Under the pieces are notes generated by a model, which was not told the origin of the DNA, ran no database searches, and was given only the letters and a program-made list of their open reading frames with translations. This document shows positions 1 to 10,641 of a stretch of DNA of 64,000 bases, in pieces; within the stretch, counting starts at the first letter, position 1, and each line of letters starts with the position of its first letter. The translations under genes were made by a program, and so were the position numbers. Source of the stretch: an uncultured Chlamydiae bacterium (lineage in GTDB: Bacteria > Chlamydiota > Chlamydiia > Chlamydiales > SM23-39); assembly GCA_963828125.1 (NCBI GenBank), contig CAWHDP010000002.1:1024001-1088000 (forward strand), read 5' to 3'.

Positions 1-959
1 TTCAAATAGAGACAGAACAGGGCCTTTTCCAAGCCAAAAATATCGTTATTGGCGTTGGACAGGTTCCTCATATTCCTCCATTCGCAAAAAAGGTCAATCA
101 TCCTACCGTTTTCCACGCTTCAGAGCTTTTAACCAAGCAATGGGCCCTGAAAGACAAACGCATCGCCGTAATCGGAGGAGGCCAGTCTGGAGCCGAAGTA
201 TTCTCAACCATCCTCTCTTCGCCAAAAATAGAGGCTCCCTCTAAATGCTTATGGATGTCCAGAAGAAGTAATTTTTTCCCCTTGGATGAATCCCCCTTTT
301 GCAATGAATTTTTTATGCCTATTTACAGCGAATATTTCAACAAACTTCCAGATCGAATCAAAAAGCATAAGCTAAAAGAACAAAATCTGATAAATAATGG
401 TATTTCTCTAGATACAATTAGACATATCTACCAGGCAATCTATCAAAATGCTTTTTTAAGCAAAAAACCTATCTCCATCAAGCTTTTGGCTGGGAGAGAG
501 GCACTCGATATCGATGCAAGAGGAAATTCTTGGAAACTGACTGCAAAACATATGGATACCGGAGAATATGAAGCCTTTGAGGCGGATATCATTGTACTAG
601 CAACAGGCTATCGATACGAAATCCCTAATTTTTTAAGTCCTATACGGAGCCGTCTGCAAATACAGGACGAGGAGCTAGTCATCCGAGACGATTTTTCAGC
701 TAGATGGGATGGCCCCGATCATCACCGGATTTATATACAGAATAATGCGATCGGCCAAAAAGGGATTGCCGATCCCAATTTAAGCCTCATCGCCTGGAGG
801 AGCGCCAAAATTATCAATAGCCTCATGAATCAACAGGTGTATAAAGATCAAAATATCCAGTCTTTCATCAGCTGGGGGGGAGGATCTTCGCAAAAAAATA
901 GCCCAGTTCCTTTCGATCTGCCCTGCAGTATAACCAGTGGGGATACAGTTGTCCTTTGA
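1..959 (+). CDS. Lysine/ornithine N-monooxygenase (IucD/SidA/PvdA family), 5' truncated by window edge
   Basis: Frame open from nt 3: KRIAVIGGGQSGAE (NADPH-binding), FFPLDESPFCNEFF, IVLATGY, GIADPNLSLIAWRS, all typical of this family. Confidence 0.9.
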   Translation, partial: QIETEQGLFQAKNIVIGVGQVPHIPPFAKKVNHPTVFHASELLTKQWALKDKRIAVIGGGQSGAEVFSTILSSPKIEAPSKCLWMSRRSNFFPLDESPFCNEFFMPIYSEYFNKLPDRIKKHKLKEQNLINNGISLDTIRHIYQAIYQNAFLSKKPISIKLLAGREALDIDARGNSWKLTAKHMDTGEYEAFEADIIVLATGYRYEIPNFLSPIRSRLQIQDEELVIRDDFSARWDGPDHHRIYIQNNAIGQKGIADPNLSLIAWRSAKIINSLMNQQVYKDQNIQSFISWGGGSSQKNSPVPFDLPCSITSGDTVVL

Positions 960-1992
960 CTGCGTAGTGATCGGCGCTGGAATCCTTGGAGTCACTATCG
1001 CCCGACAGCTTGCTCTGCAGTTTCCCAATAGGAGCGCTCTCCTCCTAGATCAGTCATTGGCTGGAGGAGGTGCCAGCCGTTTTTCCGCAGGATTGCATAT
1101 CCCATATGGATATAATTCTACGGTAAAGCGGCTCTCCGCAATGAGCGCCGAAGTCTATGCCAAGAGTCGCCAAAAGAGTGCGCACTTTCCCATCTACCCC
1201 CTTTTGATGACAGGAATCGTAAAAGCTGAAAAATATCCGGAAATTTCGAGCCGGTTTTATCAACTTGGACTTGGAGTCTTATCTAACAATCTTGTCCCCA
1301 AAAGCATTGGCACTGTCAAGCTTGAGGACGCCGATCTACTTTTCCCCATTTCAGATGCCCACTACGCAAACGTGGGTGGAATCATTCATCATTACCTCGA
1401 AGAAATCCGTCTGAGTCAAACCACAAAACTTTGGGAGGGTGTTGCCGTATCTGAGATCAGCTGCCAAAAGAACACCGTAGCGATATCGCTGGCCGACGGA
1501 AGACGCATAGAATCGCAAAAAGTGATTCTCGCTCCAGGTCCATGGGTTAAAAAAAATAGCTTGAACGGAATCCTAGATCATCTGCCTATCCGAACTAAAA
1601 AGATCGTAGCCCTCCACATCGATCGAAAACCGGAACCAAACGATCCCGGATTATTCCTCTTCGACCTGGATGCCTTTTTGCTTCCTCTACACCATCTAGG
1701 GTATTGGCTTTTTAGTTTCACATGCCAAGAATGGGAAGTATTGCCGGATCCAACTACACTTGCGATTCGTCCAGAGGACAGGGACCTCGCACTGAGTATT
1801 TTATGGAAATACTTTCCCGATCTGGCGCCCCATGCAAACTCGGGCCGTGTCTTTTGCGACGCTTATTCAAATGATCGAGTTCCCATCATTGCAAAACTAC
1901 CGATCAACCCGAATATCGTATTCATCGGAGCCACCAACGGATCTGGGTATCGTCTAGCTCCGGGCATCGCTATTGAAGGCATTCTCTTATGA
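937..1992 (+). CDS. FAD-dependent oxidoreductase, D-amino-acid oxidase/glycine oxidase family
   Basis: VVIGAGILG Rossmann motif, GASRFSAG, ILAPGPW, C-terminal GSGYRLAPG; overlaps end of the N-hydroxylase gene. Confidence 0.85.
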   Translation: MGIQLSFDCVVIGAGILGVTIARQLALQFPNRSALLLDQSLAGGGASRFSAGLHIPYGYNSTVKRLSAMSAEVYAKSRQKSAHFPIYPLLMTGIVKAEKYPEISSRFYQLGLGVLSNNLVPKSIGTVKLEDADLLFPISDAHYANVGGIIHHYLEEIRLSQTTKLWEGVAVSEISCQKNTVAISLADGRRIESQKVILAPGPWVKKNSLNGILDHLPIRTKKIVALHIDRKPEPNDPGLFLFDLDAFLLPLHHLGYWLFSFTCQEWEVLPDPTTLAIRPEDRDLALSILWKYFPDLAPHANSGRVFCDAYSNDRVPIIAKLPINPNIVFIGATNGSGYRLAPGIAIEGILL

Positions 1993-4900
1993 TCGCACAC
2001 ATCTTCTCCAATTCCTGTCTGTTTTTGATCCAAGAAAAATGATCGTGCAATAGAGGAATCGTCCTAAAACGATCTGGGCTTAAAAAAGCATCCATATGAT
2101 TGTAGTTGGCCTTTTCCACGTAGTACTCGAATATTTTTCGCTGCTCTCCATTATTTGGTACTTTGGTCGCCTTAAATAACACAACATTTTCCACAAAATC
2201 CACAACTTCAAACGAAGGAACGTATTTAAAGCTTATATCTTGACTTTCTATACACATCTCTTTCATAACTGTATTTAAACAAAACAACGGATCAACGAGA
2301 AAAATATTTTTTATGATCCCACATTTTGCAGCCAGCTGTTTGGCTACCTCTAAAGCCAACACCCCTCCAAAACTCCAGCCAAAAAATTGATAAGGGCCTT
2401 TTGGAGCCACAGATTGAATCAATGCAACGTATATATGAGCTAATTTTTCCACAGAAAAAGTATTCGCTGTTATTAAGCTAAAATTTTTCGCAATATATTC
2501 ATAAATATTTTCAAATAAAATCAGTTTGTAATCGGAAAGAAATTTTCCGATATTATTTACATAACTTTCTATTCCTCCTGTCGCGGGGGGAAATAAGAAT
2601 AAAGGAGGAGAAAGACGATTCTGATTGAGAATGTGAAATGGCTCAAAATCGACAAACTGGGGGATCATCCGCAGAGAATCTGTTGTTGAATTCAGGTTCT
2701 GAATATGAGAGGAAAGGGATCTGACAGTTGAATAAATAAAAATATCCTTTACATTTAAAGTTGGACACAATTCAATTTTCAATCTATGTATTAATTTTGC
2801 AGCTAACAAACTATTGCCGCCTATTTTGAAAAAATCATGATCTATACCTATACTATGATCATCACCCAATATATCGATCCAAACGAGGAGGATTTGTTTT
2901 TCCAGTGCATTTCTCGGAGAAATATTCAGATCAAGAGCTGCCATTTGTGGAATAGGCAAAGCCTTTTCATCGAGTTTTCCATTGACTGTTAATGGAAACC
3001 GATCCAAATGGATATAGATTTTCGGGATCATCTGTTTGGGGAGCTTAGTTTGTACAAAGTGGATAAACCGCTCTTCTGGAATAGGGGACGAGGCGAGATA
3101 GTAACAGATTAAAGAGAGTTGATTTCTCTCTGCCAAAAGTGGTTTGGCCAATACTGCGCATTGATTTACCCCTTTATAAGAAGAAATAACTCCCTCAATT
3201 TCTCTGAGCTCGATCCTATATCCTAAAATCTTCACCTGTCGATCATCTCTTCCGATGTATTCTAATCCCCCCCCTAATAGACTCCGAACCCTATCCCCTG
3301 TTTTGTAGAGCCTCCCAGAGAACTCGCAATCGGCGGACAACTGGGAGTTAATCTGGACAGGATCGATCCATTTTTCTGCAGTCAGTTTTGGGTGGTTGAG
3401 GTATCCTCTAGCAACCCCTTGACCGCCAATATATAACTCTCCAGGAGCGCCTATCGGAACCGGCTTTAGACTTTGATTGAGCACATATATCTTCTCGTTA
3501 GGCAATGGCCCTCCGATATACGATCGTTCTGAGAGAAACTGTGTATTGTATAGTTTCGAGGTAGACCAAATAGTCGTTTCAGTCGGGCCATATGCATTGA
3601 TGATTTGGAAACCGGCATTCAATAGATCCCGCGCTAATTTCGAGTCGAGAGGTTCTCCTCCTATGATAAATTTTGTATTGCCAATATTTGTAAATCGACA
3701 CACAATTAATCTAGATAGACTCGGCGTTAATTGAATGAAATCAAAATCGCTGCAATTTATTTTTTCAAAGTTTATATTCCCCAAAACGATCTTGCCTCCG
3801 GTCAAAAAGGGGAGGCCAAATTCAAGACCGAAGATATCAAATACATAACTCGTCATGCTATAGGTCGTTAGGGCCTTAACAGCGGCAAAATACGTTTCCC
3901 TAAACCCGAGTACTGCGGCTATATAGGAATGATGCTCAATCATCACCCCTTTGGGATGGCCTGTCGTACCCGACGTATAGATCACATAAGCCAAATTAGA
4001 GCTTAAGGCCAGAGTTTGTGGATTCGTCCTATTTTGAGCGAGATCCCCCATCCTATCTATCGGAATCATCTCGAAAGAATGGATAGCAGCTGTTCGCCGC
4101 AACACCGACAACTTCTCTGTGAACTCAGAATGGGTTAACACCAGTTGAATATTTGCGTCTTGAAGGATATAGGCAATCCTTTCGTCCGGATAGTTGATGT
4201 CGATGGGAACATAAGCGCCGCCCGCTTTTAAAATCGCTAAAATACCGATCAAACTTTTTTCATCTCGTTTAAGAAACAAAGCAATACGAGATTCTGGCCG
4301 AATACAAAACAATGAGTGAATGTAATTCGCGATTCTATTTGCTTCTATGTTCAGTTCAGAGTACGTAAGAGAAATATTTTCGCACTGAACTGCGATCTGG
4401 TTCGGCGTCTCTTCCACCTGTTGCTCAAAAAGCTGAGGGATCGTCGCAGCCTGGGGAAATGGATGATTCGTCGCATTCCACATAATGCAGACTTCACGTC
4501 GCCGTTCGTCAGAGAGATAGGACAAATCTTCTATCGAGAAATTAGGATTAATCCATATATTCTCAAATTGCTTTAAAATGACCAGATAAGTTTCTACGTA
4601 ACCATCAATCGTCTCTTTTTTAAATATAGATGTAGAAAAATTGATACACCCCTGAATATCCGATTGACTATCATCGATCAGGAGAGTGAGTTCAAATTTT
4701 GCCGTATTGAAAAACCTTAAGGAATCAAGCCGTTGAAAAAGCTCGCCCCATTGATTTTGCTGAAAACTTTGAAAAATAAATAATATCTGAAAAATGGGGT
4801 GTCGACTCGTATCAATCTCCTTAGAGAATTCACTCACTAATTTCTCAAAGGGCAATCCTTGGTGTTGTTGAGCCCGCGCCACCTCTTTGCCTACCTGTTC

Positions 4901-7900
4901 GATAAAGACGCTTAAGGTGGATCGAGCTGAGCATTTGATTCTGATGGGTAAAGTATTGACAAAAAAACCGATTAAATTTGCAGTCTGCGCCCGGGCTCTA
5001 TCGGCCGATAAAGCGCCAACGATGACGTCATCCTGCCCTGAATAGATTCTCAGCATCAGCACATAAGCGCTTAAGAACACTGTTGAGAGACTGACGTTGA
5101 GCTTCTTAGATATATTTCTCAACCCCTCCGACAGGGTAGATCCGATTGGGAACTGCACTTCATCTCCTCTGTATTCGATAAGAGGAGGTCTGGGATAGTC
5201 CGTGATTAGATTGAGGGGTTCAAAGGAAAGGAGCTGTTTCTTCCAAAAAAGGGACTCTTTCCTCAATCTATTTTTGGTCAGATATTTTCTTTGCCATAGG
5301 GCAAAGTCTTTATATTGAATAGATAAGGGAGCTAGACCCCAATCGGCCAAACACTTGGAATTGGCACTTAAGAAAGAGTCATAATATGATTTCCATTCTC
5401 CTAAAAAAATTTCCAAAGACCATCCATCAAATGCGATATGATGAATCACAATGCTCAGATACAATCCATTTGAATCACTCACCTCAATCAAGGCGACCTT
5501 GATCGGGATTTCATGGTATAAATCAAATACATGGGACATTTGCTGATCGAGAATGTCTCCCAGTTGCTCTTTCCGAATGATATTTTTTTTGATGATCGGA
5601 ACATTTAATTCCGACACATCTAAAACAAACAGACAATAAGCTCCCTCTCGATTCTTTTTAATAATCGTTCTTAAAGCCTCATGACGTTCAATCAATGCCA
5701 ATATGCTTTTCTCCAATATCTCGAGTTGAATTGAAGGTGAAATGTTAAAAAGCAACGGAATGTTATGTATACACAAAGAACCTGAAGAATCGGTTTTTGG
5801 CGACGTCGGCTTGATACCACCATCGGCCAAGAACTTGGATTTGGATCCACGTGAAAGCTCCCGATTCTTTAGGTTCTTTGCGTATACATGGGAGCCGCCT
5901 TCATATTCTTCTATAAATAAGATCCGTTCTTGGGCAAAAGAGACAAACTGTTCTTCTGAACCGACTAAAAATTGGGGGATTGGCCGCTCATTTTCTGATC
6001 GGACTGACATCTTGTGGTAAATGTTTTCAGCTGTTCGAGCCTCAAATATTGAAGAAATAGAAATCTGTTTTTTCAGAATTTTGGTGAATTGATTGACAAG
6101 TCTAATAGCCAATATACTATTGCCACCGAGCTGGAAGAAATCATCTTGCGGCCCGACTTGATCCATCGGAATATTGAGTATTTCAGCAATTATTTTGCGA
6201 ACTCCCTCTACTGTCGCGTTGAATATATTAGACTCTGTTGTTGAAATCAGAGGTTCAGGAAGTTTTTGTACGTCTAGTTTTCCATTCAAAGTCAGCGGAA
6301 TTTCTTTTAATCGAATGAATAGTTTGGGAACCATGTATTCGGGCACCTTGGAATGCAAATAGTTAACAAGTCCCTGAGTTTCGATCGCCTCTTTTTCAAC
6401 ATAGTAACCGATCAAATAATCTGTCCCATTTTCTCCCTCCTTTTTATGGAGAATGATCGCCTGTTTTATGGCTCTGTGCCCCATTAGAGCCTGCTCTATT
6501 TCTTGAAGCTCAATGCGAAATCCCCTTATTTTTACCTGGGAATCGATGCGGCCTATATACGACAAATTGCCATCTGAAAGTTGCCGAACTAAATCGCCTG
6601 ATTTATACAATCGGGAATGGATGCCTCTTCTTTTTTCTTCATCTGTTTGAAACGGATTTACAATAAATCTCTCCGCACTGATTTCCGGAAGATTCAAATA
6701 CCCTCTACTGATCCCCTCCCCGCCAACATACAATTCGCCCACCATTCCTTGGGGTACAAGATTTAAATCAGAGTCCAATACATAAGCACTTCTATTCGCG
6801 ATCGGTTTCCCAATAGGGACTCCACCAGTATCGCCCGTGCCATCTAGATTTTTGCTCACCTGGAAAACGGTGCTAATCGTCGTATTCTCCGTGGGTCCAT
6901 ATGCGTTAAAAACATGCTCAGGAGAATTCTTCGAATGAACTAGTTCGAGAATAAATTTCTTATTTAAAGCTTCACCTCCGACAAAAAACCACTTAACTCC
7001 CTTAAAAAGGGCCGGATTATACAAAAAAAGCTGATCAAACAAACTTTTAGTCAATAAGAGGACAGAAATTTTGTGATGTAGAAGACAATGTTCTAGTAGA
7101 TCAAGTCCTAAGGCTGATTTGGGTATGTACAATTTCGCCCCGTTTAATAAGGCTCCCCAGATTTCAAATGTTGCAGCGTCAAAAGAAATATTGGATATTT
7201 GAATGAATGAATCGTTTGAGGTCACTACCATATAGTCTACGTTTTTTACTAATGAGACAACGCCCCTATGTTCGATCATAACCCCTTTAGGCCGACCCGT
7301 TGTACCTGATGTGTAAAGAATGCAAGCTAAAGGATTGATTTCTAATTGATCGGGTATATTATCCTTAGAATATTGAAAAATTCGACTCAATATAGAGGGC
7401 TCATCAACCGACAATACCTCTATCTTTTGACTGTCGAACAGGCTTTGCAAATGAGCGATTATTTTTAGTGTAGAATCTATCAAAAGGATCTTAACCCCAG
7501 CATCTTTTAACATGTAGCCAATTCTTTCAAGAGGATAGTTTGGATCGATCGGTAGATAGGCGGCTCCTATTTTTAATACAGCTAAAAGACAGATAGGGAG
7601 GGTTTGACTTTTATCGAGGCATAGGGCAATCGCCCCATGATGAACTGGGTAGTTTTCTCTGATAAAATGGGCCCATTGATTCGACCGTTGATTGAGTTCA
7701 TTATAGCTCAATGAAAGATCACCATGAATAATTGCTATGTGATCGGGAAGGGCTCTCACTTGCTCGTAAAAAATCTCCACAATAGAGGGCGTCTGCTGAT
7801 TGCGTTTGTGAACAATATCTGGCCCCTTGGCCATGGCTACTAAGCGGGACATTGCCGTTGCCGTTAAAATGGGATATTGATGCGGGGCCAAATGGGGATT

Positions 7901-9178
7901 TTGGCAAACGTGAGAGAGCAACTCTTTGAGGTGATTAACCATCTGCTCGATTCGGGAGCCTTCGAAGAGATCTATTGGATAGTCAAAATTCAAGTAGCAT
8001 CCCGTTTCTGTCTCAATGATGGAAATGATCAAATCAAAAACCGAAGAGGCATTTGAGACAAACTGGCGCTGAATAGTCAGCCATTCCGATTTGTAATTGG
8101 GTCTCGATAAATCTACATGGTTTATTGTTGTCTGAAAGAGAGGATTATGAAGCGGACTCCACTCCGGTCTCATCGTCTCAACCAATGAGGCGAAAGGCAT
8201 TTCTTGATTAAGAAGGCCCCCTAGAATTTTTAATCGGACTTTATGGATCACATCGATAAACGTATGGCAATCGCTGAGGTCGATCCGGATGGGCAAAGTA
8301 TTGACAAAAAAGCCAATCATATTTTGGAACACCCTCCTTCCTCGATTCGCAAAGGGAATTCCGATCACCACATCTTTACTCCGGCTATATCGACTGAATA
8401 AGATGAACATAGCTGCGGAAAGAATCACAAACAGCGTGGCATTATTTTGACTGGCAATATTCTTTATGTTTTGCCACAAGTCGCTGGATAGGTGAACACT
8501 ATAAGAATTGCAGGTCTGCTCCCGAGGACATTTTGGGGAGAACGAGGTGGGCAATGAGAGGGTGGACGGCGCCCCCTCAAGCGATTTTTTCCAGTAGTTG
8601 AACTTTTCATGAGTAGAGCCTTCTGTAAAAGCTCTTTTTTGAAACTCCACGTAATCTACATATCGATTTTTACTATACCGCACACGGGTAGATTCATAAA
8701 ACATTCCTATTTCGCGTCCGATCTGATCAATAGACCATGCGTCCATAATTAGATGGTGAATAGTGATTAGAAAAAAACATAAATGATGCCCCATTTTACA
8801 AAGATGAAATCTGAATAAAGGTGCTTTTGAAAGGTCGAAAATAACCATACCCTCCCGACTCAAGAGGGCATCGAATTCTTCTCTCTTGTTGGATAAATCC
8901 AGAACATGGAGTTGACCCTTTACCTTTTTTTGAAAAACCTGGTATCCAACACCATCTATTTCAATAAATTTCGCCCTCAAAATTTCATGGCGCTGAATCA
9001 GTTTTTGAAGAGCTTTTTCAAAAATCGGAATCTGCAGTTCCCCCGAAATTTGCAGGATTGTCCGGACAGTGTTCACTCTTGTCCCTGGATAGAGCTTTTC
9101 TAAGTACCACAGTTGACTCTGATTGATCGACAGAGGATAGGAGAGTACGCCTGAGGCCGTTACGTTTTGCCTTGTCAT
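1970..9178 (-). CDS. Bimodular non-ribosomal peptide synthetase C-A-T-C-A-T-TE (2402 aa)
   Basis: C motifs HHLIMDAW and HHIAFDGW; A motifs YTSGTTGRPKG/YTSGTTGHPKG, NAYGPTE, LYK(S/T)GD, NGKLD; T motifs FFQLGGNSI and FFKIGGNSL; TE GWSFGG. Confidence 0.95.
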   Translation of the reverse strand: MTRQNVTASGVLSYPLSINQSQLWYLEKLYPGTRVNTVRTILQISGELQIPIFEKALQKLIQRHEILRAKFIEIDGVGYQVFQKKVKGQLHVLDLSNKREEFDALLSREGMVIFDLSKAPLFRFHLCKMGHHLCFFLITIHHLIMDAWSIDQIGREIGMFYESTRVRYSKNRYVDYVEFQKRAFTEGSTHEKFNYWKKSLEGAPSTLSLPTSFSPKCPREQTCNSYSVHLSSDLWQNIKNIASQNNATLFVILSAAMFILFSRYSRSKDVVIGIPFANRGRRVFQNMIGFFVNTLPIRIDLSDCHTFIDVIHKVRLKILGGLLNQEMPFASLVETMRPEWSPLHNPLFQTTINHVDLSRPNYKSEWLTIQRQFVSNASSVFDLIISIIETETGCYLNFDYPIDLFEGSRIEQMVNHLKELLSHVCQNPHLAPHQYPILTATAMSRLVAMAKGPDIVHKRNQQTPSIVEIFYEQVRALPDHIAIIHGDLSLSYNELNQRSNQWAHFIRENYPVHHGAIALCLDKSQTLPICLLAVLKIGAAYLPIDPNYPLERIGYMLKDAGVKILLIDSTLKIIAHLQSLFDSQKIEVLSVDEPSILSRIFQYSKDNIPDQLEINPLACILYTSGTTGRPKGVMIEHRGVVSLVKNVDYMVVTSNDSFIQISNISFDAATFEIWGALLNGAKLYIPKSALGLDLLEHCLLHHKISVLLLTKSLFDQLFLYNPALFKGVKWFFVGGEALNKKFILELVHSKNSPEHVFNAYGPTENTTISTVFQVSKNLDGTGDTGGVPIGKPIANRSAYVLDSDLNLVPQGMVGELYVGGEGISRGYLNLPEISAERFIVNPFQTDEEKRRGIHSRLYKSGDLVRQLSDGNLSYIGRIDSQVKIRGFRIELQEIEQALMGHRAIKQAIILHKKEGENGTDYLIGYYVEKEAIETQGLVNYLHSKVPEYMVPKLFIRLKEIPLTLNGKLDVQKLPEPLISTTESNIFNATVEGVRKIIAEILNIPMDQVGPQDDFFQLGGNSILAIRLVNQFTKILKKQISISSIFEARTAENIYHKMSVRSENERPIPQFLVGSEEQFVSFAQERILFIEEYEGGSHVYAKNLKNRELSRGSKSKFLADGGIKPTSPKTDSSGSLCIHNIPLLFNISPSIQLEILEKSILALIERHEALRTIIKKNREGAYCLFVLDVSELNVPIIKKNIIRKEQLGDILDQQMSHVFDLYHEIPIKVALIEVSDSNGLYLSIVIHHIAFDGWSLEIFLGEWKSYYDSFLSANSKCLADWGLAPLSIQYKDFALWQRKYLTKNRLRKESLFWKKQLLSFEPLNLITDYPRPPLIEYRGDEVQFPIGSTLSEGLRNISKKLNVSLSTVFLSAYVLMLRIYSGQDDVIVGALSADRARAQTANLIGFFVNTLPIRIKCSARSTLSVFIEQVGKEVARAQQHQGLPFEKLVSEFSKEIDTSRHPIFQILFIFQSFQQNQWGELFQRLDSLRFFNTAKFELTLLIDDSQSDIQGCINFSTSIFKKETIDGYVETYLVILKQFENIWINPNFSIEDLSYLSDERRREVCIMWNATNHPFPQAATIPQLFEQQVEETPNQIAVQCENISLTYSELNIEANRIANYIHSLFCIRPESRIALFLKRDEKSLIGILAILKAGGAYVPIDINYPDERIAYILQDANIQLVLTHSEFTEKLSVLRRTAAIHSFEMIPIDRMGDLAQNRTNPQTLALSSNLAYVIYTSGTTGHPKGVMIEHHSYIAAVLGFRETYFAAVKALTTYSMTSYVFDIFGLEFGLPFLTGGKIVLGNINFEKINCSDFDFIQLTPSLSRLIVCRFTNIGNTKFIIGGEPLDSKLARDLLNAGFQIINAYGPTETTIWSTSKLYNTQFLSERSYIGGPLPNEKIYVLNQSLKPVPIGAPGELYIGGQGVARGYLNHPKLTAEKWIDPVQINSQLSADCEFSGRLYKTGDRVRSLLGGGLEYIGRDDRQVKILGYRIELREIEGVISSYKGVNQCAVLAKPLLAERNQLSLICYYLASSPIPEERFIHFVQTKLPKQMIPKIYIHLDRFPLTVNGKLDEKALPIPQMAALDLNISPRNALEKQILLVWIDILGDDHSIGIDHDFFKIGGNSLLAAKLIHRLKIELCPTLNVKDIFIYSTVRSLSSHIQNLNSTTDSLRMIPQFVDFEPFHILNQNRLSPPLFLFPPATGGIESYVNNIGKFLSDYKLILFENIYEYIAKNFSLITANTFSVEKLAHIYVALIQSVAPKGPYQFFGWSFGGVLALEVAKQLAAKCGIIKNIFLVDPLFCLNTVMKEMCIESQDISFKYVPSFEVVDFVENVVLFKATKVPNNGEQRKIFEYYVEKANYNHMDAFLSPDRFRTIPLLHDHFSWIKNRQELEKMCAIIRECLQ
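5768..5886. mobile_element. TA-flanked palindromic miniature element (MITE/RPE-like) inserted in frame in the NRPS second C domain
   Basis: Inverted arms 5765-5793 and 5861-5889 (27/29 match); TA at both ends; net 117 bp = 39 extra aa between GSHV and HNIP. Confidence 0.8.
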
Positions 9179-10641
9179 GCGGAAACATCATTCAAAAAAC
9201 GGTTCAAAATGGCCTGGCGTTTTAATTTGTATTGCGATGTCAGCAGCCCATTTTCGACGGTGAAAGGTTCTGAGACCAAAATAAATTGAAAAATCTTTTC
9301 CTCTGGCAATAGTTCCCGATTGATTTCTTCTATAACGCCTTTTATTTCACGTTCTAGAACGTCAGGAGAAGAGGGCTCTATGAAAGCAGCCAAAAATACA
9401 GAGTTATTACTATACACCATACAATTTGTAATCAGCCCTGATTGGCACAATCTGTTTTCTATTTTCACCGGATTTATTTTTTTCCCACTACTTAAAACAA
9501 TGAGATCTTTCTTCCGTCCAGTGATAAATAAATATCCCTCTTCATCCATATATCCCAAATCTCCCGTAATCACATATCCATTAGAAAATGTAGCTTTTGT
9601 CTCCTCTTCAGATCCTTTGTAATATTTTATATTTACTTCATTGTGATTTTTAATCAAAATTTGGCCATCTTCATCAAATTGAATATCAATATTTGGGAGG
9701 AGCTTTCCTACGCTTCCAATTTTATGATTTTGAAAATTGTTTTTAGATACAATACAGGTTTCGTTCATCCCATATCCTTGAAACAGGGGGATACCCATTT
9801 GTTCGTAAAAAAGGAGAATGTCATCGCTTAAAGGAGCAGAGCCTGTCCAAAGATACCTGATGTTGCCTCCCCAAAAATTCTTGCAGTCTGATGTTTCGCT
9901 ATTTTTGGCCAGAAATCGCTGTCTCATAGTTTCATAGAAAAAAGGTACTCCCATGATGACTGTAGGTCTACTTTCTTGAATCGCTAACATGACTGAAAGC
10001 GAGGAGCTGATAACAATATTAAAATTATACAAAATCGCCGAATAGATCCAATATCTCTGCTGTAACAGATGGAGAGGGAGAAAGATCAGTATTTTGTCAT
10101 TTGATGTATGATTAAATAGCTCTTGAACGGAAACAATGGAGGCGTCGGCGCTTTTGACCTTTGCCTCAATCGCTTTAGGTCTTTGGGTAGAGCCTGATGT
10201 AAACTTGATCGTGAGTATGTCATCTGGAAGAAATTGGTGAGGCTGAAAGACGCCGCAGTATGACGATTTGCCTATTACATCGAATGAAATCACATGCGGT
10301 TCATGCCTATCCTCATTCCCGAGATTTGTGAAAATAACTCGCAGCTCATATTCATTGATCAGTGTGGACAAATCGTATTTCCCATTGGGATCGAACGGCA
10401 CAGAAATCAAACCTGCAGCTATGCAAGCCAGGTCAAATACAACAAATTCATATCCATTTGTTCCAATGATCCCTACCCGAGATTGGGGACGAAGGTTCAA
10501 TTGACGAAAACAACCAAAAACGCGAATTACGTCAAGATAGATCTCTTTAAAAGCGCGCCTTTTTAGCTGCCCCTTGCTAAAATACTCAAGAGAAGCTGTT
10601 GCGCTCGACATGCGGGGAATAATTTCGTTGATCACTTTCAT
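9175..10641 (-). CDS. AMP-dependent acyl ligase (long-chain acyl-CoA synthetase-like)
   Basis: FTSGSTQRPK, QGYGMNE, TGDLG, GRKKDLIVLSSGKKINP, LLTSQYKLKR; 4-bp overlap with NRPS start. Confidence 0.85.
   Translation of the reverse strand: MKVINEIIPRMSSATASLEYFSKGQLKRRAFKEIYLDVIRVFGCFRQLNLRPQSRVGIIGTNGYEFVVFDLACIAAGLISVPFDPNGKYDLSTLINEYELRVIFTNLGNEDRHEPHVISFDVIGKSSYCGVFQPHQFLPDDILTIKFTSGSTQRPKAIEAKVKSADASIVSVQELFNHTSNDKILIFLPLHLLQQRYWIYSAILYNFNIVISSSLSVMLAIQESRPTVIMGVPFFYETMRQRFLAKNSETSDCKNFWGGNIRYLWTGSAPLSDDILLFYEQMGIPLFQGYGMNETCIVSKNNFQNHKIGSVGKLLPNIDIQFDEDGQILIKNHNEVNIKYYKGSEEETKATFSNGYVITGDLGYMDEEGYLFITGRKKDLIVLSSGKKINPVKIENRLCQSGLITNCMVYSNNSVFLAAFIEPSSPDVLEREIKGVIEEINRELLPEEKIFQFILVSEPFTVENGLLTSQYKLKRQAILNRFLNDVSA

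Noticed and set aside
1..959. Siderophore pathway as the role of the N-hydroxylase
   Set aside because: No IucA/C synthetase or TonB receptor in the window; the cupin-MetRS and oxidase partners fit hydrazine chemistry better, though upstream sequence is unseen
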